Assembly: GCF_006345805.1 (NCBI RefSeq)
Contig: NC_043010.1
Span: 40,858,001 to 40,922,000 of the forward strand
Reading direction: 5' to 3'
DNA from: Octopus sinensis
Taxonomy: Eukaryota
Length of the DNA stretch: 64,000 bases
The notes under the pieces were generated by a model. It saw only the letters and a program-made list of their open reading frames with translations. It searched no databases and had not been told where the DNA came from. Position numbers and translations under genes: made by a program. This document shows positions 1 to 13,434 of the stretch, in pieces; positions within the stretch are counted from its first letter, which is position 1; the number at the start of each line of letters is the position of its first letter.

Positions 1-750
1 ACTGCTAGTACAGCTATCTTCATCATCATCATCATCATCATACCTTGTCATGATCATTACCATCACACTCCTCATCACCATCGTAATCGTTACGATCACT
101 GTCGTTTTCTTCTTGGTGATCGTTGTCACTGCGTCTGTTAACAATCTGCATGTATCGATTGTCCAAGTAATCATTATCGATATCAAAGGTTTATTCTACA
201 ACAAACACACTGATATCTCTTTTTTTTATTACCCTTCAGCTATTTTGGCAAAGGTCCAGACAGAATGAGTTCCCGCAAAGGCTCGTAGTTCAAAACTGTG
301 CTTCTATAAACCCCCACCATGAACCATCGCTGCAGACGACAACAGCAGCAGACGTTCTACGTTAAATGTTTTCATAGGAGTGGTGTGGGGAATAGTTAGT
401 TGTGACAGGGACACAGTTTGATGTAAATAATGTATTCTTACATTGGCACAAGGCCAGAACTGCTACAGAAAGGAACATGGCGGTTGGTATTGGCCACCAA
501 TAATTGATTGGTAGTCGTTTTATAGACTCTGAGGGGGGAATATAAACTCAGACTGTCATGTGCAGATTCGAACCTCAAACCTAAAGAGACGTTGTACAAT
601 ACTCTTTGTTTTATTTATATTTTATTTTTATATATGACTTCTTTTTAGTCATCATGGTTGATTTTTCTTTTTTTTTTTCTTTTGTTCAGTAATATTTACC
701 TCACTTATACGCGGATAATCTATTGTCTAATTAGTGGAAGCTTAATGCTT

Positions 751-1156
751 AATGGCCCAGTGGTTAGCACAGCGGAATCGCGGTCATCGAATCGCGGTTT
801 CGAGTCCCAGACCGGGTGTTGTGAGTGTTTATTGAGCGAAAACACCTAAAGCTCCACGATGCCCCGGTATTGAGTGAAAAGACCTGAAGCTCCACGAGGC
901 TCCGGCAGGGTGAGGTGGCGAACCCTGCTGTATTCTTTCACCACAACTTTCTCTCACTCTTTCTTCTTGTTTCTGTTGTCCCTGTATTTCAAAGGGCCAA
1001 CCTTTTCACACTCTGTGTCATGCTGAATCTCCCCGAGAACTACGTTAAGAATACACGTATTTGTGGAGTGCTCAGCCACTTGCACGTTAATTTCACGAGC
1101 AGGCTGTTCCGTTGATTGGATCAACCGGAACCCTCGTCGTCGTAACCAGCAGAGTG
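751..1156 (+). mobile_element. tRNA-headed SINE, family C, near full length
   Basis: A-box-like TGGCCCAGTGGTTAG and B-box-like GGTTTCGAGTCCC head; body matches the inverted copy at 46500-46843; contains an internal 38-bp tandem duplication. Confidence 0.85.
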
Positions 1157-1828
1157 TCACGATTATCTAATTAAAAGTTATAATTTTCATCACATTAAGT
1201 GTTATTGCGCACATCACTGTGCAAGACATTTTCATAGAACGAATCTATCGTTTCTGTCAACCGTTGGTTATGAGTAAGAGACGATATAGAAATGAATACT
1301 TAGGTTATCATAGAGGCATAAATTTGTTGAAAGATCGGATTATGTTTAGTTATTTCCCTCCACAGTAATTCACTGGTAATTACTTCCTTAAATGTATTTA
1401 AAATTAAAACTAATATGTATGCAACAGACTGCCTACAACAGCAATATATACAGTGTGTGTGTATACAAATGGAACAGAGTGGACTAGAGAGTGGGGGACA
1501 CAAGGAACAGAAAGTCACAGAAGAAATCTCGGGATGTGGGGCGAAAGAACTCTGAGAAACATATAATAATAATAATAACATAATAATAATGAAGTGAAGA
1601 TTATATAAACAGTGAGTGTGTTCATTGGCAAAATGACCGTCCCCAAATGTAACTATATATCGTTTTCTATTGAAATCGAAACTTAGAGTATATCTGACAA
1701 CATTAGTTTCAGTACTAAAAAAAAGGACATATACGCAACAGCATATATTGCGCACTCCTCTCATTCATTCAACATAACTCACTAATCACTGTTTGATACA
1801 GATGAGGTTCGTGAATATAGAGACGTAC

Positions 1829-1976
1829 CTGTAGCTCATTGACTGAGCCATTCCATGCCGGTCATCAGTGAAGTCAGTTCTTTTGGTCAAGACAGAATTC
1901 GTGATATCGAAAACCGTTCTGGCACTATGTCTGGACCAACTATGCTTTAAAGATCTCAACATAAGTGCTTTGCGTT
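1829..1976 (-). CDS. Candidate internal exon (phase 1 to 2) of unnamed minus-strand gene: RKALMLRSLKHSWSRHSARTVFDITNSVLTKRTDFTDDRHGMAQSMSY
   Basis: Acceptor ttggttttgttcag, donor ag|gtacgt; 148 nt open in only one frame; apparently non-repetitive DNA. Confidence 0.55.
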
Positions 1977-2131
1977 CTGAACAAAACCAATGTCTTTGCT
2001 TGTACTATACTGGTTATCTACAATACCTTATGACGTACTCTGTCGCCTCACTCTAACCTGAAACCAGCCTCTTCTTTAGCATTCATGAGGGTATTCCTCG
2101 CGCCTATCAACTAACACACGTTCTGTATATA

Positions 2132-2176
<45 letters not shown>

Positions 2177-3012
2177 GTAACGTGTGTGCGCGTGCAGTGT
2201 ATTTGTGCTGATAGTTAATTTGGAGAGAATGCGAGATTCCCTTTTATCTTTGTTCTTCTTCTTACGATACATGCTAAAGATATTTTTGTTTGTAATTATG
2301 GATGTCTGACATATGTACGTACACACACACACACGCATGTATATATTATATCACTGCTTCTTTCTCTACCATCAAAGAACGAATATCTGGAATCGGGAGG
2401 AGGGGACGAAATAAATGTCCATTTAGAGAGATGCATTGGAATTTGGATTAAAGACAAATATAGATATACAAAATACAACCACACAATAAAGGGATATCAA
2501 AAGACTTGAAATGACACGCGAAGTCGCTGGGGAGTAGCCAAATTGGTTTGTGGGAAACGTTAAACAGGAAACTATCTCCCAGTTTCTAGCTGGTTTGAAA
2601 CAAGTTGTATGTATGGATTAATACGTGTGTATACGTAAAATATAAATATATGTTTATATATTTATATTCATATACATGCATACATACATACATACATACA
2701 TGTATGTGTTGTTGCTGTTCATGTACGTTTGATGTTTCTCTGTGTACACGTGTTAGTTTTGGTCAAAGGCCAACAGCCATTCTATAGCAACGCCTTGATG
2801 GGATTGAGAGGAGCATACCTACCCCAGTATTTATTTCAGTCAGGTATTTATTCTATCGTTCTCAAATTGTCGACCTTCTACGTTACGAGATGTAAATATA
2901 TAAACAGAAACATTATATATATAGGCTATTTTTCATATAAGTAAAAACATACAAACGAACGCATACTCACATACGTACATGCATGCATGCATACATACAT
3001 GATAGATCTTTA

Positions 3013-3182
3013 GCCACTACACACATTTTTTTTCTCCTTGTTTTTTTCTGTGTCCCTTTCTGTAGAAGAGCGTAGGCTCGAAACGCAAAATACTTTTTCT
3101 ATTCCTCAGCGTTATACTAATACATCTGTCTGATTTGTTCACCACCTGGCCTCGTCTTTTGTTTTTTTTCTTAAACTCTCCC
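3013..3182 (+). mobile_element. Penelope-like terminal repeat fragment with hammerhead-like core
   Basis: CTGTAGA-A-GAGC-GTAG-GCTC-GAAAC at 3060-3084; the same ~170-bp unit recurs at 31607-31790 (-) and 36752-36920 (+). Confidence 0.6.
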
Positions 3183-3188
3183 TATATA

Positions 3189-3246
<58 letters not shown>

Positions 3247-5459
3247 AAATGAGAAAATGGAGAAATATATCTAAATCAATCATCAACTATCAGATAATAC
3301 CGAATCATATACTTTATTAAAACACAACACAATAGCAATGAGATTAGATATATTACTCAGATAATCTAATCAAGGAAGTATCTTAAGTCATGCAAAAAGA
3401 AGGTAGTTCTATTCTAAATTGTTCTGTCAAGAATTTAACTCTTTCAAAGCTGTCGTTTATGAGATAGAAAAACTATTCAATAAGGATACCGTATCTATAA
3501 ACGTAGTTTCAGCGAATTGTGTTTTCATCGGAGTTCTAAAGGAAGGATCTGTAAGCAAACCAGGTTAATCATTATTATCTCCTCTGAAATAACTAAACGA
3601 ACAAAAAGAAAGGATGATTCGGTCGTTAAACAGCATTTATTCGGAAAAAGATTAAAACTTGTAAGGAGAATAAATTAAGTCCCCTAAACTTGATAACATT
3701 ATATATCAATAAGTACATAAATTATGGAGACTGTTGCATGTATATACAGACATATATCTATAAAGAGTAAATACTAAGTCGTCGTCTAAAACTGAACTGA
3801 AAGAGTTATTATGACTTCGGAATTATGATTACCGTCTGTGCGATAAAAGTTTAAAATCATAAAAGTGGAAATATTCCAAACAAAGTATTTGTGAGAAATG
3901 CCTTATTTGTTTTAACTATATACGTAGATTTAACGAATTGTTTTCTCCTTTATTCAGAAGGAGTAATTTGTCTGCAAACCAGCCTTATATAACGTATACT
4001 AGTTAGCAGCCGTCATATGATCATAGATTGTATTAAAAAAGCGTCGATTCGAAAACACTTTCTTTGACGGATAGTGTGAGCTCTCTAAAATGTTCAAGCT
4101 TCATAATAATGAGCTGATATACTCTATCCCTCTTTCTGTCTCTCTCACACACTCACACACACGTGTGTGTGTGCGTGTGTGGATATATTAGGTTTCGTTA
4201 TAATACATAGAGAGATAGGTAAATATACATGCCTACAACTAGATTATACCGACATAACACTCACACAAACCATTTCTTTGTAAAACTTTAATAATCTCAT
4301 ACTCTTCGAAAAAGTATTGAATAACACTTTTGTTTAATCTTAAATTGTTTTTATACATAACTTGACATAAAGACAAACATACATTTATGTGTGTGTGAGA
4401 TATATATATATATATAGGTGATTTGCATGTGTGTAAGTGTGTCTACGTGTGAGAGAAACAAAGAGAGAATGCATTTATGTGTGTGAGTGTTGGTGTGTGC
4501 GCTTGTTAAATTTCTTCCAAATGTTTTGCAATATTTAGGTAAAAAAAAATACTTAAAGATGAAATGCCTTTTGTATTTAAAGATATATAAATATATATAA
4601 AAATTGAAAAAGAAAGAAAGGATAAAAGAAACAAACAAACGAAATAAGAAACAGTGAAAGAAAGCGAATGAAAGAAAAGCCTAAAGGATTTTAATATATA
4701 TTTATTTTATTTTATATTTTATTTTTCATTCGTATTTATCGCTTGCTTTTTTTTGTTATTGAATTTTTTTGTAGTAATCTGCATTATTGTTGTTTTGGAA
4801 TGTTTTGAACATGTCAGAACAACACAGTGATTGTCAGCTTGAAATTAATTCAACGTTCCAAGCCTGAACTTCAATCAGCCTCATTTGTGTTTATAGATGT
4901 TTAAGAAATAAATAGATGTTAAGCTAAACTCAACTAAATACTCTTATTTAGAAGAAGAAAAGCCTAGCGCGCACGCACACAAGTGTGTGTGTGAGCATTT
5001 GTATGTGTGTGCCTGCGTGCGTGTTCGTACAGACATGCGTGTCCGTTATGTCGGCATCGAAGCGACTATCAACTCTGTACAAGAGAAAAAGCTAATATTC
5101 TAATTCTTCTCAGTCGTAGTTTAAAGAGGGGTGAAACCTTGCCGTTTTCCTTTCATACAAGAATACACATAATTTAAGCTTTTAAACTTATGGTGGATTT
5201 CGCATTGCAAACAGTTTAAAACTACGGATGACATAGAAAGGAAAAAGTTCGACGCGTAAAACCAAGCAGAAATTTTAGTTAAATGTTGGATAATAATTGA
5301 AGTACGAATGCTGCAATACAACAACGAAAGTTAAGTATATTTCTTATTTGACTCTGTGAAAGACAAGGAGATCTAGAAACCTACTCGAACACCTGAGCTG
5401 CAAATTTTACTATTAAACTGGGCTGAGTTTCCTCGCCTAAAATATATTTCCATTTAGTA

Positions 5460-5893
5460 ATGATAATAATAATAAGAAGAAGAAGAAGAAGAAGAATATA
5501 ATAATAATAATAAGAAGAAGAAGAAGAAGAGAAGAAGAAGAAGAAGAATATAATAATAATAAGAAGAAGAAGAAGAATATAATAATAAGAATAATAATAA
5601 TAATAATAATATAAGAAGAAGAAGAAGAAGAAGAAGAAGAATAATAATAATATAATAATAATAATAAGAAGAAGAAGAATAATAATATAATAATAATAAG
5701 AAGAAGAAGAATAATAATAATATAATAATAATAAGAAGAAGAAGAAGAATAATAATATAATAATAAGAAGAAGAAGAAGAATAATAATAATATAATAATA
5801 ATAAGAAGAATAAGAATAATAATAATAATAATATAATAATAAGAAGAATAAGAATAATAATAATATAATAAGAAGAAGAAGAATAAGAATAAT
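5460..5893. repeat. Compound (AAT)n/(AAG)n trinucleotide array, about 430 bp
   Basis: Alternating AAG and AAT blocks, essentially no C on the + strand; abuts a retroelement 3' end. Confidence 0.95.
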
Positions 5894-6060
5894 GAAATTA
5901 TTGTATACAGTGCTCAGGTGCACCACAACTTGTCAAAAAGTGCGTATAAAGTACATGCAGTGACGTACAAATGTCTGGAAAGCGAACAGTGTATGAGTCA
6001 GATATATGCTTGCGTGTGTATGGAGGGGAGAAAATCAGGTGTAGTGTTATTGTCTTTCAC
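5893..6060 (-). mobile_element. Retroelement 3' end (family F) with ATT-type tail
   Basis: Reverse complement of 39310-39470 (acactacacctgattttc...gacaagttgtggtgcacctgagcactgt..caataatttc). Confidence 0.75.
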
Positions 6061-6199
6061 GAATGACTTGCCTGCTCTGTGTTAGACAATGAAGCAGTTA
6101 AGTACTATTACCATCTTTTTTCTCTTATAATCCAGTATGACCGTCTAACTGACTGAGCATTCTCTTTTCCGTTGTGCAAATATATATGTTCGTTCGTGG

Positions 6200-6286
6200 A
6201 GGAGGCATCAGATTTAAGTATTTCAGCAGTGACCATCCCATCTATTTTTCTACTTATAATGTAACAATACTACATTATCCAATGTA
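6200..6286 (+). repeat. Old interspersed repeat fragment, direct copy at about 11030-11115
   Basis: Both read catcaga(t/c)ttaagtatttcag(c/t)agtgaccatcccatcta...tactacattatccaatgta; related fragments near 52950 and 53250. Confidence 0.8.
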
Positions 6287-6470
6287 AGAAAGCAAGTATA
6301 AGGTCAGACAGACAGACAGATAGATAGATAGATACATAGACAGACAGACAGATAGATGGATGGATGGATAGACAGACAGACAGAAGACAGAAAGATAGTT
6401 ATTGCTATTAGAGTTGTTGGAGGTCTATCGACGTCAGAGAGACTAACGTTAAGTCTCCTCCCTTCACATT

Positions 6471-6830
6471 TTACTCTTTTACCTCAGTCATTTGACTGCG
6501 GCCATGCTGGAGTACCACTTTTAGTCGAGCAAATCGACCCCAGGACTTATTTTTGGATGCTTAATACTTATTCCATCATTTCTTTTGCCGAACCGCTAAG
6601 TTACGGGGACGTAAACACACCAGCATCGGTTGTCAAGCGATGTTGGGAGGACAAATACAGACACACAAACATATACACACACATACGACGGGCTTCTTTA
6701 AGTTTCACAAGGTTTTGGTCGGCCCATGGTTATATTAGAAGATACTTGCTCAAGGTGCCACACTGGAACTGAACCCGCAACCATGTGGTTAGTAAGCAAG
6801 CTACTTACTACACAGCCACTCCTGCGCCTA
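6471..6830 (-). mobile_element. tRNA-headed SINE, family B
   Basis: Head GGCGCAGGAGTGGCTGTGTAGTAAGTAGCTTGC, internal microsatellite spacer, tail GCATGGCCGCAGTCAAATGACTGA; more than 10 copies in the window. Confidence 0.9.
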
Positions 6831-6844
6831 CAGTCTAATATATA

Positions 6845-7137
6845 TAGGCACGGAAGCGTGGTTGTGTGTTAAGAAGCTTGCTTCCCAACCACATGGTTCT
6901 AGATTTCAGTTCTACTGCATGGTACCTTGAGCAAGTGTTTTCTACCATAGCCACAGGCCGACAACAGCCTTGTAAGTGGATTTCGTAAATGGAAACTGAA
7001 GGAATCCCGTCGTGTATATATGTGTGTGTGTGTGTGTGCGTATCCAGGTTTTTGTGTCGTTGAATCTTGTTTGCCCCCCGCTTGATAACCGGTGTTAGTT
7101 TTTACGTTTTACGTCCCCATAGCTTAGCATTTTAGCA
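6845..7137 (+). mobile_element. SINE family B, head-to-head with the 6471-6830 copy
   Basis: Diverged head taggcacggaagcgtggttgtgtgttaagaagcttgcttcccaaccacatgg starts 15 bp from the inverted copy. Confidence 0.85.
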
Positions 7138-7153
7138 ATGTATGTGTGTGTGT

Positions 7154-7191
<38 letters not shown>

Positions 7192-7749
7192 TCTTTTAAC
7201 ACATCATGTCTCTGAAAAGGTTTTCTCTCAAAGAAAAACCACTGCAGCAGGCAGTTCTGCGGAGCGTATACGTTTAAGTATAATACATAAATGTTTGAAG
7301 CAAGAATACTTTTTATCTGTAAATCTACTAGATAAGGGCATATTTAGAAGAGACCCACAAGCGGAACGACACACACACTATATATGTGTGTGTGCGTGCG
7401 TGTGTGTGTGTATACATATACACACCATTGATTGCAACATCACATTCATTTCTCGTATATTGGCAAACAATTTTAGAAGGTATTTATAACAAAGATGATT
7501 GATGTGTTATTTAATATCCATAATCATCTGACTCAGCTCTATCTAAAAACCGTAAAAAGCAATTCGAAATCTAATAACCAGAGACGATCTTTGCCACAAA
7601 CAAACAAATACACACACGCACGCACACACACACGCACACGCACGCACGCATATTCTCACAAGGGATTACGTTAGCAGTGATATTAAATTCAACCCTACCA
7701 TTCACCACTTATCGTAGGGATTTATCAGGATTAACTTCAGATAGATAAG

Positions 7750-7782
<33 letters not shown>

Positions 7783-9788
7783 ATATATATATAAACTGAC
7801 TTTATATATCTATATGTATATATTGTTGCGTTCACGGTAATGCTATATACTCACGCACACATATATACTCACGTGCATGTGTTTATATATATATATCAAT
7901 ACGTATATACATATACATTAACTTCATGTATCTATATATAAAGTTGCTGATTCTCAATAGAATTCACCTAGAAGAAGATATTTCATGTTATTTCAAAATG
8001 ATGTTATATCATCCGTTGTTAAACAAATTATTACAATTATCGTTATTGATATTATTATTATTATTATTATATTATTATTATTATTATATTATTATTATTA
8101 TTATTATTGGTATGCTAAGAAATGATTCTTAAGATTCCAAGACATTAATATATTATTGTCTGTGAGGATTCTTTTTCCCAACAATAACCTTTTAGTACTA
8201 ACATCTATGCAGTCCTCTTTTACATTGCATAAACGTCAATTTCATTACGAAATTTCTTTTAAGATTCAGAGTAGAATGGCTTGCATTATTTAGTCACGTT
8301 ACTTTATATTCTGAGTTCAAATATAACCGAGGTCGACTTTGTCTGTCATCGTTCAGGGATCGATGAAATAATATATCAGTCAAATACACTGATCGATTAA
8401 ACCTAATATCTCTTCCCAGAATTCTGTGATCTTTTATCTGCCTTAACATATATTATTATGATTCAATCAAGTAAATATTTATCTTAGGATAGTTCAACAT
8501 ACATCAACAGTTGCAGTTCTGGGACACACCAGTAGTGTATCCTGAGATGATTGGGTGTGTCATGTGTTACAGCATACATCATCAACCAGTTGACACCAAC
8601 TAGGTTGATCAAACTCAGGACTATATACAAACAGCATTTACTGACACCGTAGATACCCTCTTTTCAGTTAGACCAATCTAGACATTTTTCGACAGCCTCT
8701 TGGTGGTTTTTCCCTTACCCAGGGTTCTATAGATTTTACATCGGATAAAACTGAGCAACCGGGTTTATGAACAAAGGCGTTCAAGCCATGATCATTCTGT
8801 TATTGCTATAGACATGACTGCCCTGTTCAATGAGTCTTTCTTTTCTTTTTTAAGATCCTGTTTCAAAAATATTTACCGTGGTTCACATGTTGCAATTAGT
8901 AAAAGAATAAATAAAATCCGAAGACATTCCAGAAAACATAGAAAGTAGAGTGACCGACATTAATAGCATTGAATAAAATATATGTCAATGTCGACCATAC
9001 TTTGCTCTCATTTGTGCGTTGTGTACGCTAAAAACAGCGAAATTCGAGTGTAAACCAATTCAATGGCTGAAAATAGAATTAATCAAGACTAGTGATATAG
9101 TAGGGTTTCATATATGTTAAAATGAGTTGAGGAACATCGTTTAATAGACGCCGACAAATAGTTGTAAATCAGGCTTTAAAACGAAGTCAAGTATACTTGA
9201 AGTGTTTGCGATGTAGTCGTTATACATATAAGGGCTGGGTAGTGAAGCTAAAACCAATTGAGCTGTTATCACGATGAGGCTGGCTGATGGTGGAGGTAGT
9301 CGTGGAAGGAGCCTTTGGTGGCGGCGGCTCTGTTTGTAATAGTGATGCTGATGTAGTAATTGTGATGGTGGTAGTGATAGTTCTTTAAGTTGGTGCAATT
9401 AGTTTGTGTATTTAATGGTGTTGATTGAATGGATGTGATATTGTCATAGATTTTTTAGTAGTAATAGTTGCAGTAGTAGATATAATGGACGTGTGTAGTC
9501 TTGGTGCAAATGGGGAGGTGTGTTTAGCAATGTGGGAGCGAAAACATCAAAGTAAATTCAAAGATTTTGGGGGGGATGGTGGTGGTGGTGGTGATGTTGG
9601 TGGAATTAGTCGTTTTGATAATGGTTGCGGTGCGGTGCAGTAGTAGTGGTGGTGATTGCGGAAGCTGCATTGAAAACCTTGCCTGGGGCAGGTGAGATGG
9701 TTGTGTCCGTTGTGATATATCTCGTTATATTTCTGAATATCTACGTTATCCTAAGATGGAATTCTGAACTTAGAAATTTAACTTCCAA

Positions 9789-9851
<63 letters not shown>

Positions 9852-10760
9852 TAATGGCCTTAGATAGAAAAGAAACCTACATTATGTACCCATTACTGTC
9901 TGGGTATGTGGTTTATTGTTATTATATTTCATAAATAAAGTTACTAAACAATGCTACATCCTGAAACAAGGAAATATCTTCAAGTATATAATGATACACA
10001 AGATAGAACCGATCGAAACGTAATGTGAATTTGAATATTGTTATTTTATATCAATGAAATATTATTTATATGAGCATCAATGTCACGGGCTGTCTTTGAA
10101 TCTCTTGTGTAAGATATGAAGTCATTAGGAATATAATCAAAATTAAATCAATATTATTCTGAAGTAATTAGCATCACAATCATTGATCAGGAAACTGTCT
10201 AACCTGTTTAACTCATTTAAAGTATAGTATTAATTGCTTTGGAATGGATATAGACGACTTTCTATCTGTTAGACCCTTGTCCTAAGGGCGGTGTTTGGTG
10301 AGTTCCAGAAAAATGCTGAAATAACCATCCAACAAAGTGGTAGGTCCGTCTTTGTTTTGATTTTCAATTGGAAGCGTTGGACTTCTCTTGAAATATCTAT
10401 CTATAGATAGATAAAAATCACGCCCATAATATGAGTGCGATTTGAGGAAGCGAGCCAACAATGAAGTGTAGAATGGAACTTAAAACGCCGAGATAAAAAC
10501 TAGCGAATCTGTTTCTGGTGATCCCTTTTTCAAAGAGAAAAAAAAACAATAAAAATAATTTAAAGGCAAGAGCAAGTGAATATATGTACGATACTCAAAA
10601 AAAACGAATGTTAACATAGCAGCTTTCAGGTAGAGATATATATTTCCCATATATCTCACATCTGTAGGTACTATTGCTCAATGCACCGAAGTAAACTTCG
10701 CTTTTTTCAAACTTTCATTGTCCATAAACGAAATATAAAACTTCTTCCAGCAACTCTCAC

Positions 10761-10829
10761 ATAATGGATGCTTTGGTGTGTGTGAAGATTGGTAAAGTCA
10801 AGAAGGTACTCGTTACTGCTCGCCAGTCC
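10761..10829 (-). CDS. Weak candidate 69-nt symmetrical exon (phase 2: DWRAVTSTFLTLPIFTHTKASI; phase 0: GLASSNEYLLDFTNLHTHQSIHY)
   Basis: Acceptor ataattttag, donor gtgaga; the phase-2 reading would complete TG+G (Trp) from exon 19881-20048. Short enough to be chance. Confidence 0.3.
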
Positions 10830-11767
10830 CTAAAATTATAAGAGTCTAAAGTTACTTATAAGTTACTTATTTAGATAACATCATATTAGGTACTAATTTG
10901 TCCCTAAAACTTTGGAACACGTCCTTTCAAGTTCCTTCTCGATTGCAAATGTTGTCAATTTTATATACGTTATCAACAAAGCAGTGCTGTTGTTGTTCTT
11001 GAATATTTATTGCATGGAGTAAATATCTGGAGTAGACATCAGACTTAAGTATTTCAGTAGTGACCATCCCATCTACTTTTCTATTTATAATGCAACAATA
11101 CTACATTATCCAATGTAGTATTGATACTTCTATTCAGGCAAAAACATTGTTTTTGAGGTAAGCCTGACTGCCATTTCGAATGACCATGTACAAGAAGTTC
11201 TTCCACTGGTTTGCATTATCCATAGGTACATGGCATCAAAGTTTGTACGAAGGATAATATGACAGCTGCTGACTTTATGTTAAATAACACTACTAATCAA
11301 CCATCCCTATATTAAAGATGTGATCATCCCGTCGTGTTTCTTTTGGGAGAGACAAAGTAAGATGCCAAACATTATAATATTTAGTGTATCCTACTTTTTC
11401 TGAGTCAGTAGGGTATATATTTGAATGATGTCTGGTCGTTAGCGAGTCCACTAACCCGGTTCTGGCCCCTGCATTGGATCATTACCATAGAAAATAATAT
11501 GCAACTGTACATCTAGGTGGCGTGTATTTTTAGGCCTGTGTTTAACTTGTAATATAGCTCTGTACCTAGTGATGAACTTGAACTAGGGGAACTTAATTTT
11601 AAGTCAATCGTGAAACCGAACTGACCCCACCAGTAAAAGTCGCTGATAAAATCCGCTTCGGTATTTTTCAAATTTATGTTCGAGCACTGCTGTGTTCAGT
11701 TGAGAATGTACAGGGTCTCTACTCAGTAAAAAAGTAGCAGCCAAATCTCCCTGAATACTCATCTTAC

Positions 11768-11889
11768 TGCCACACCTTTTCGTTAACATATTTCTGTTGA
11801 AATACCCTGCTTTTGTTTCACTTAATTTTGAAAAGCATGAGGAATTTAGTAAAATAACTTCGGGATATTTTTTAAGCTGGGGGTTGGAG
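11768..11889 (-). CDS. Weak candidate exon (phase 2 to 1): SNPQLKKYPEVILLNSSCFSKLSETKAGYFNRNMLTKRCG
   Basis: Inside ORF 11604-11897; AAG acceptor after attattccttcatgtt, donor a|gtaaga; its phases would bridge exons 19881-20048 and 1829-1976. Confidence 0.25.
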
Positions 11890-12940
11890 CTTAACATGAA
11901 GGAATAATTTAATTTAAATCCTTTGAAAGAAAGAAGGATTTTTTCTTCATAAAACCAGGAGTGGACTGGAGCTGGTTAACATCAAAAGGGTTTTGAAAAC
12001 AGAAGGGTGGCTTTGGATTTTGCAATTCTGCCTACATTATACTATGTCAGGTAAAATAATAGGATCGTCATTCTTAAAAAGCCTTTAGTCATGGAGGTGC
12101 TCGGGGTCAGGTTTGACATGGGGGTTAAACAACAAAAATAACTGTGGATTTTTCTCTTCCAGATTCCTTAAAATTCTGATATAGTTTCTATAGCAAAAAT
12201 CATTATTTATTTTATAACTTTTAATTATTTCATCGTAACAAACTGGGTCATTAGATCTGCTTATGCCGCACATTCCTACTAACAGCCATATTATTTCCCT
12301 TCAAGGTATTCCTCTTAATTAAAAAAAGGAAAAAATATCCTGATTTATAGAAATTTGAATTTTAAATATCACGAAATCATTAGGAATACAAGATATCGCT
12401 GCTCTTTCTTTCTCTCTCCTTCTCTCTCTGTCTCTCTACAGTTTTACTTAACTACTCTCTAAACTACTCCAGTAAAACGTGGAAGCCTTTAATAGTGATC
12501 GATGATTAGTCAACGAAGATTATGTTTATCAAAAATAATATCCGCTAAATATTGACTAGAAGATTATTATGAAGTAGTTAAGGTTATGGTTATTATTTCA
12601 AACGATGTATTATAATGGAAGTAATCAGTGACATTAGTATAATAATTATATGATGCGAACGTATTTTCGGTAAAAGATAATGAAGAAAAAAGCCGAGTGG
12701 AAACGAGGCTAAAGAAAAATGTAGTTGGTTTTCGACGACAGAAATAATTATGGAAGGAGGATGAAATCCGTTGCTTTGAGAAGGAAATGAGGCAATCTGG
12801 AGAGGATACAGAAGATTTATTGATGTGAGTTTTTTAATGTTTGTGTGAGTGTAAATGTGAGGTGCGTGAGTGTGGAATGAAAATATGGATGGATGCATGT
12901 TGACATGAGCACAAATAAAAAAAAAAGCAAATATACCGCG

Positions 12941-13009
<69 letters not shown>

Positions 13010-13010
13010 G

Positions 13011-13206
13011 CTCTTTTATTTGTTTCAGTCGTTTCACTGCGGTCATGCTGGAGCAATAGCTTAAAGGGTTAAAGGGTTTCAGTCGAACAAATCGGCCCGG
13101 GGACTTCCTATTTTGCCTAGTACTTATGCTATTGGTCTTTTTGCCTGACTGCTAAGTTACTGGGATATGAACACACCAATACCGGTTGTCCAGCGGTGAT
13201 GGGACG

Positions 13207-13246
<40 letters not shown>

Positions 13247-13434
13247 TATATATATATATATATATATATAAATACTCACACGACGTGCTTCTTTCAATTT
13301 CCGTCTGCGAAATTCACTCACAAGGCTTTGATCCGCTCGAGGCTATAGTACAAGACAATTACCTAATGTGCCACTCTGTAGGACTGAACCTGGGACCATT
13401 TGGTTAGGAAGCAAGCGTCTTACAACACAGCCAC
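13011..13434 (-). mobile_element. SINE family B
   Basis: Both halves present around a (CA)n(TA)n spacer. Confidence 0.85.

Noticed and set aside
1-230. Acidic minus-strand frame (DNDHQEKDDSDRNDYDG...DDDDDDED)
   Set aside because: Degenerate (GAT)n repeat with a stop just upstream and no good acceptor.
3250-4120. Possible decayed Penelope or LINE coding region
   Set aside because: Stops in all frames and only a faint NHKS-like motif; cannot be supported.
5381-5926. Longest ORF in the track (181 aa)
   Set aside because: It is the reverse reading of the AAT/AAG array.
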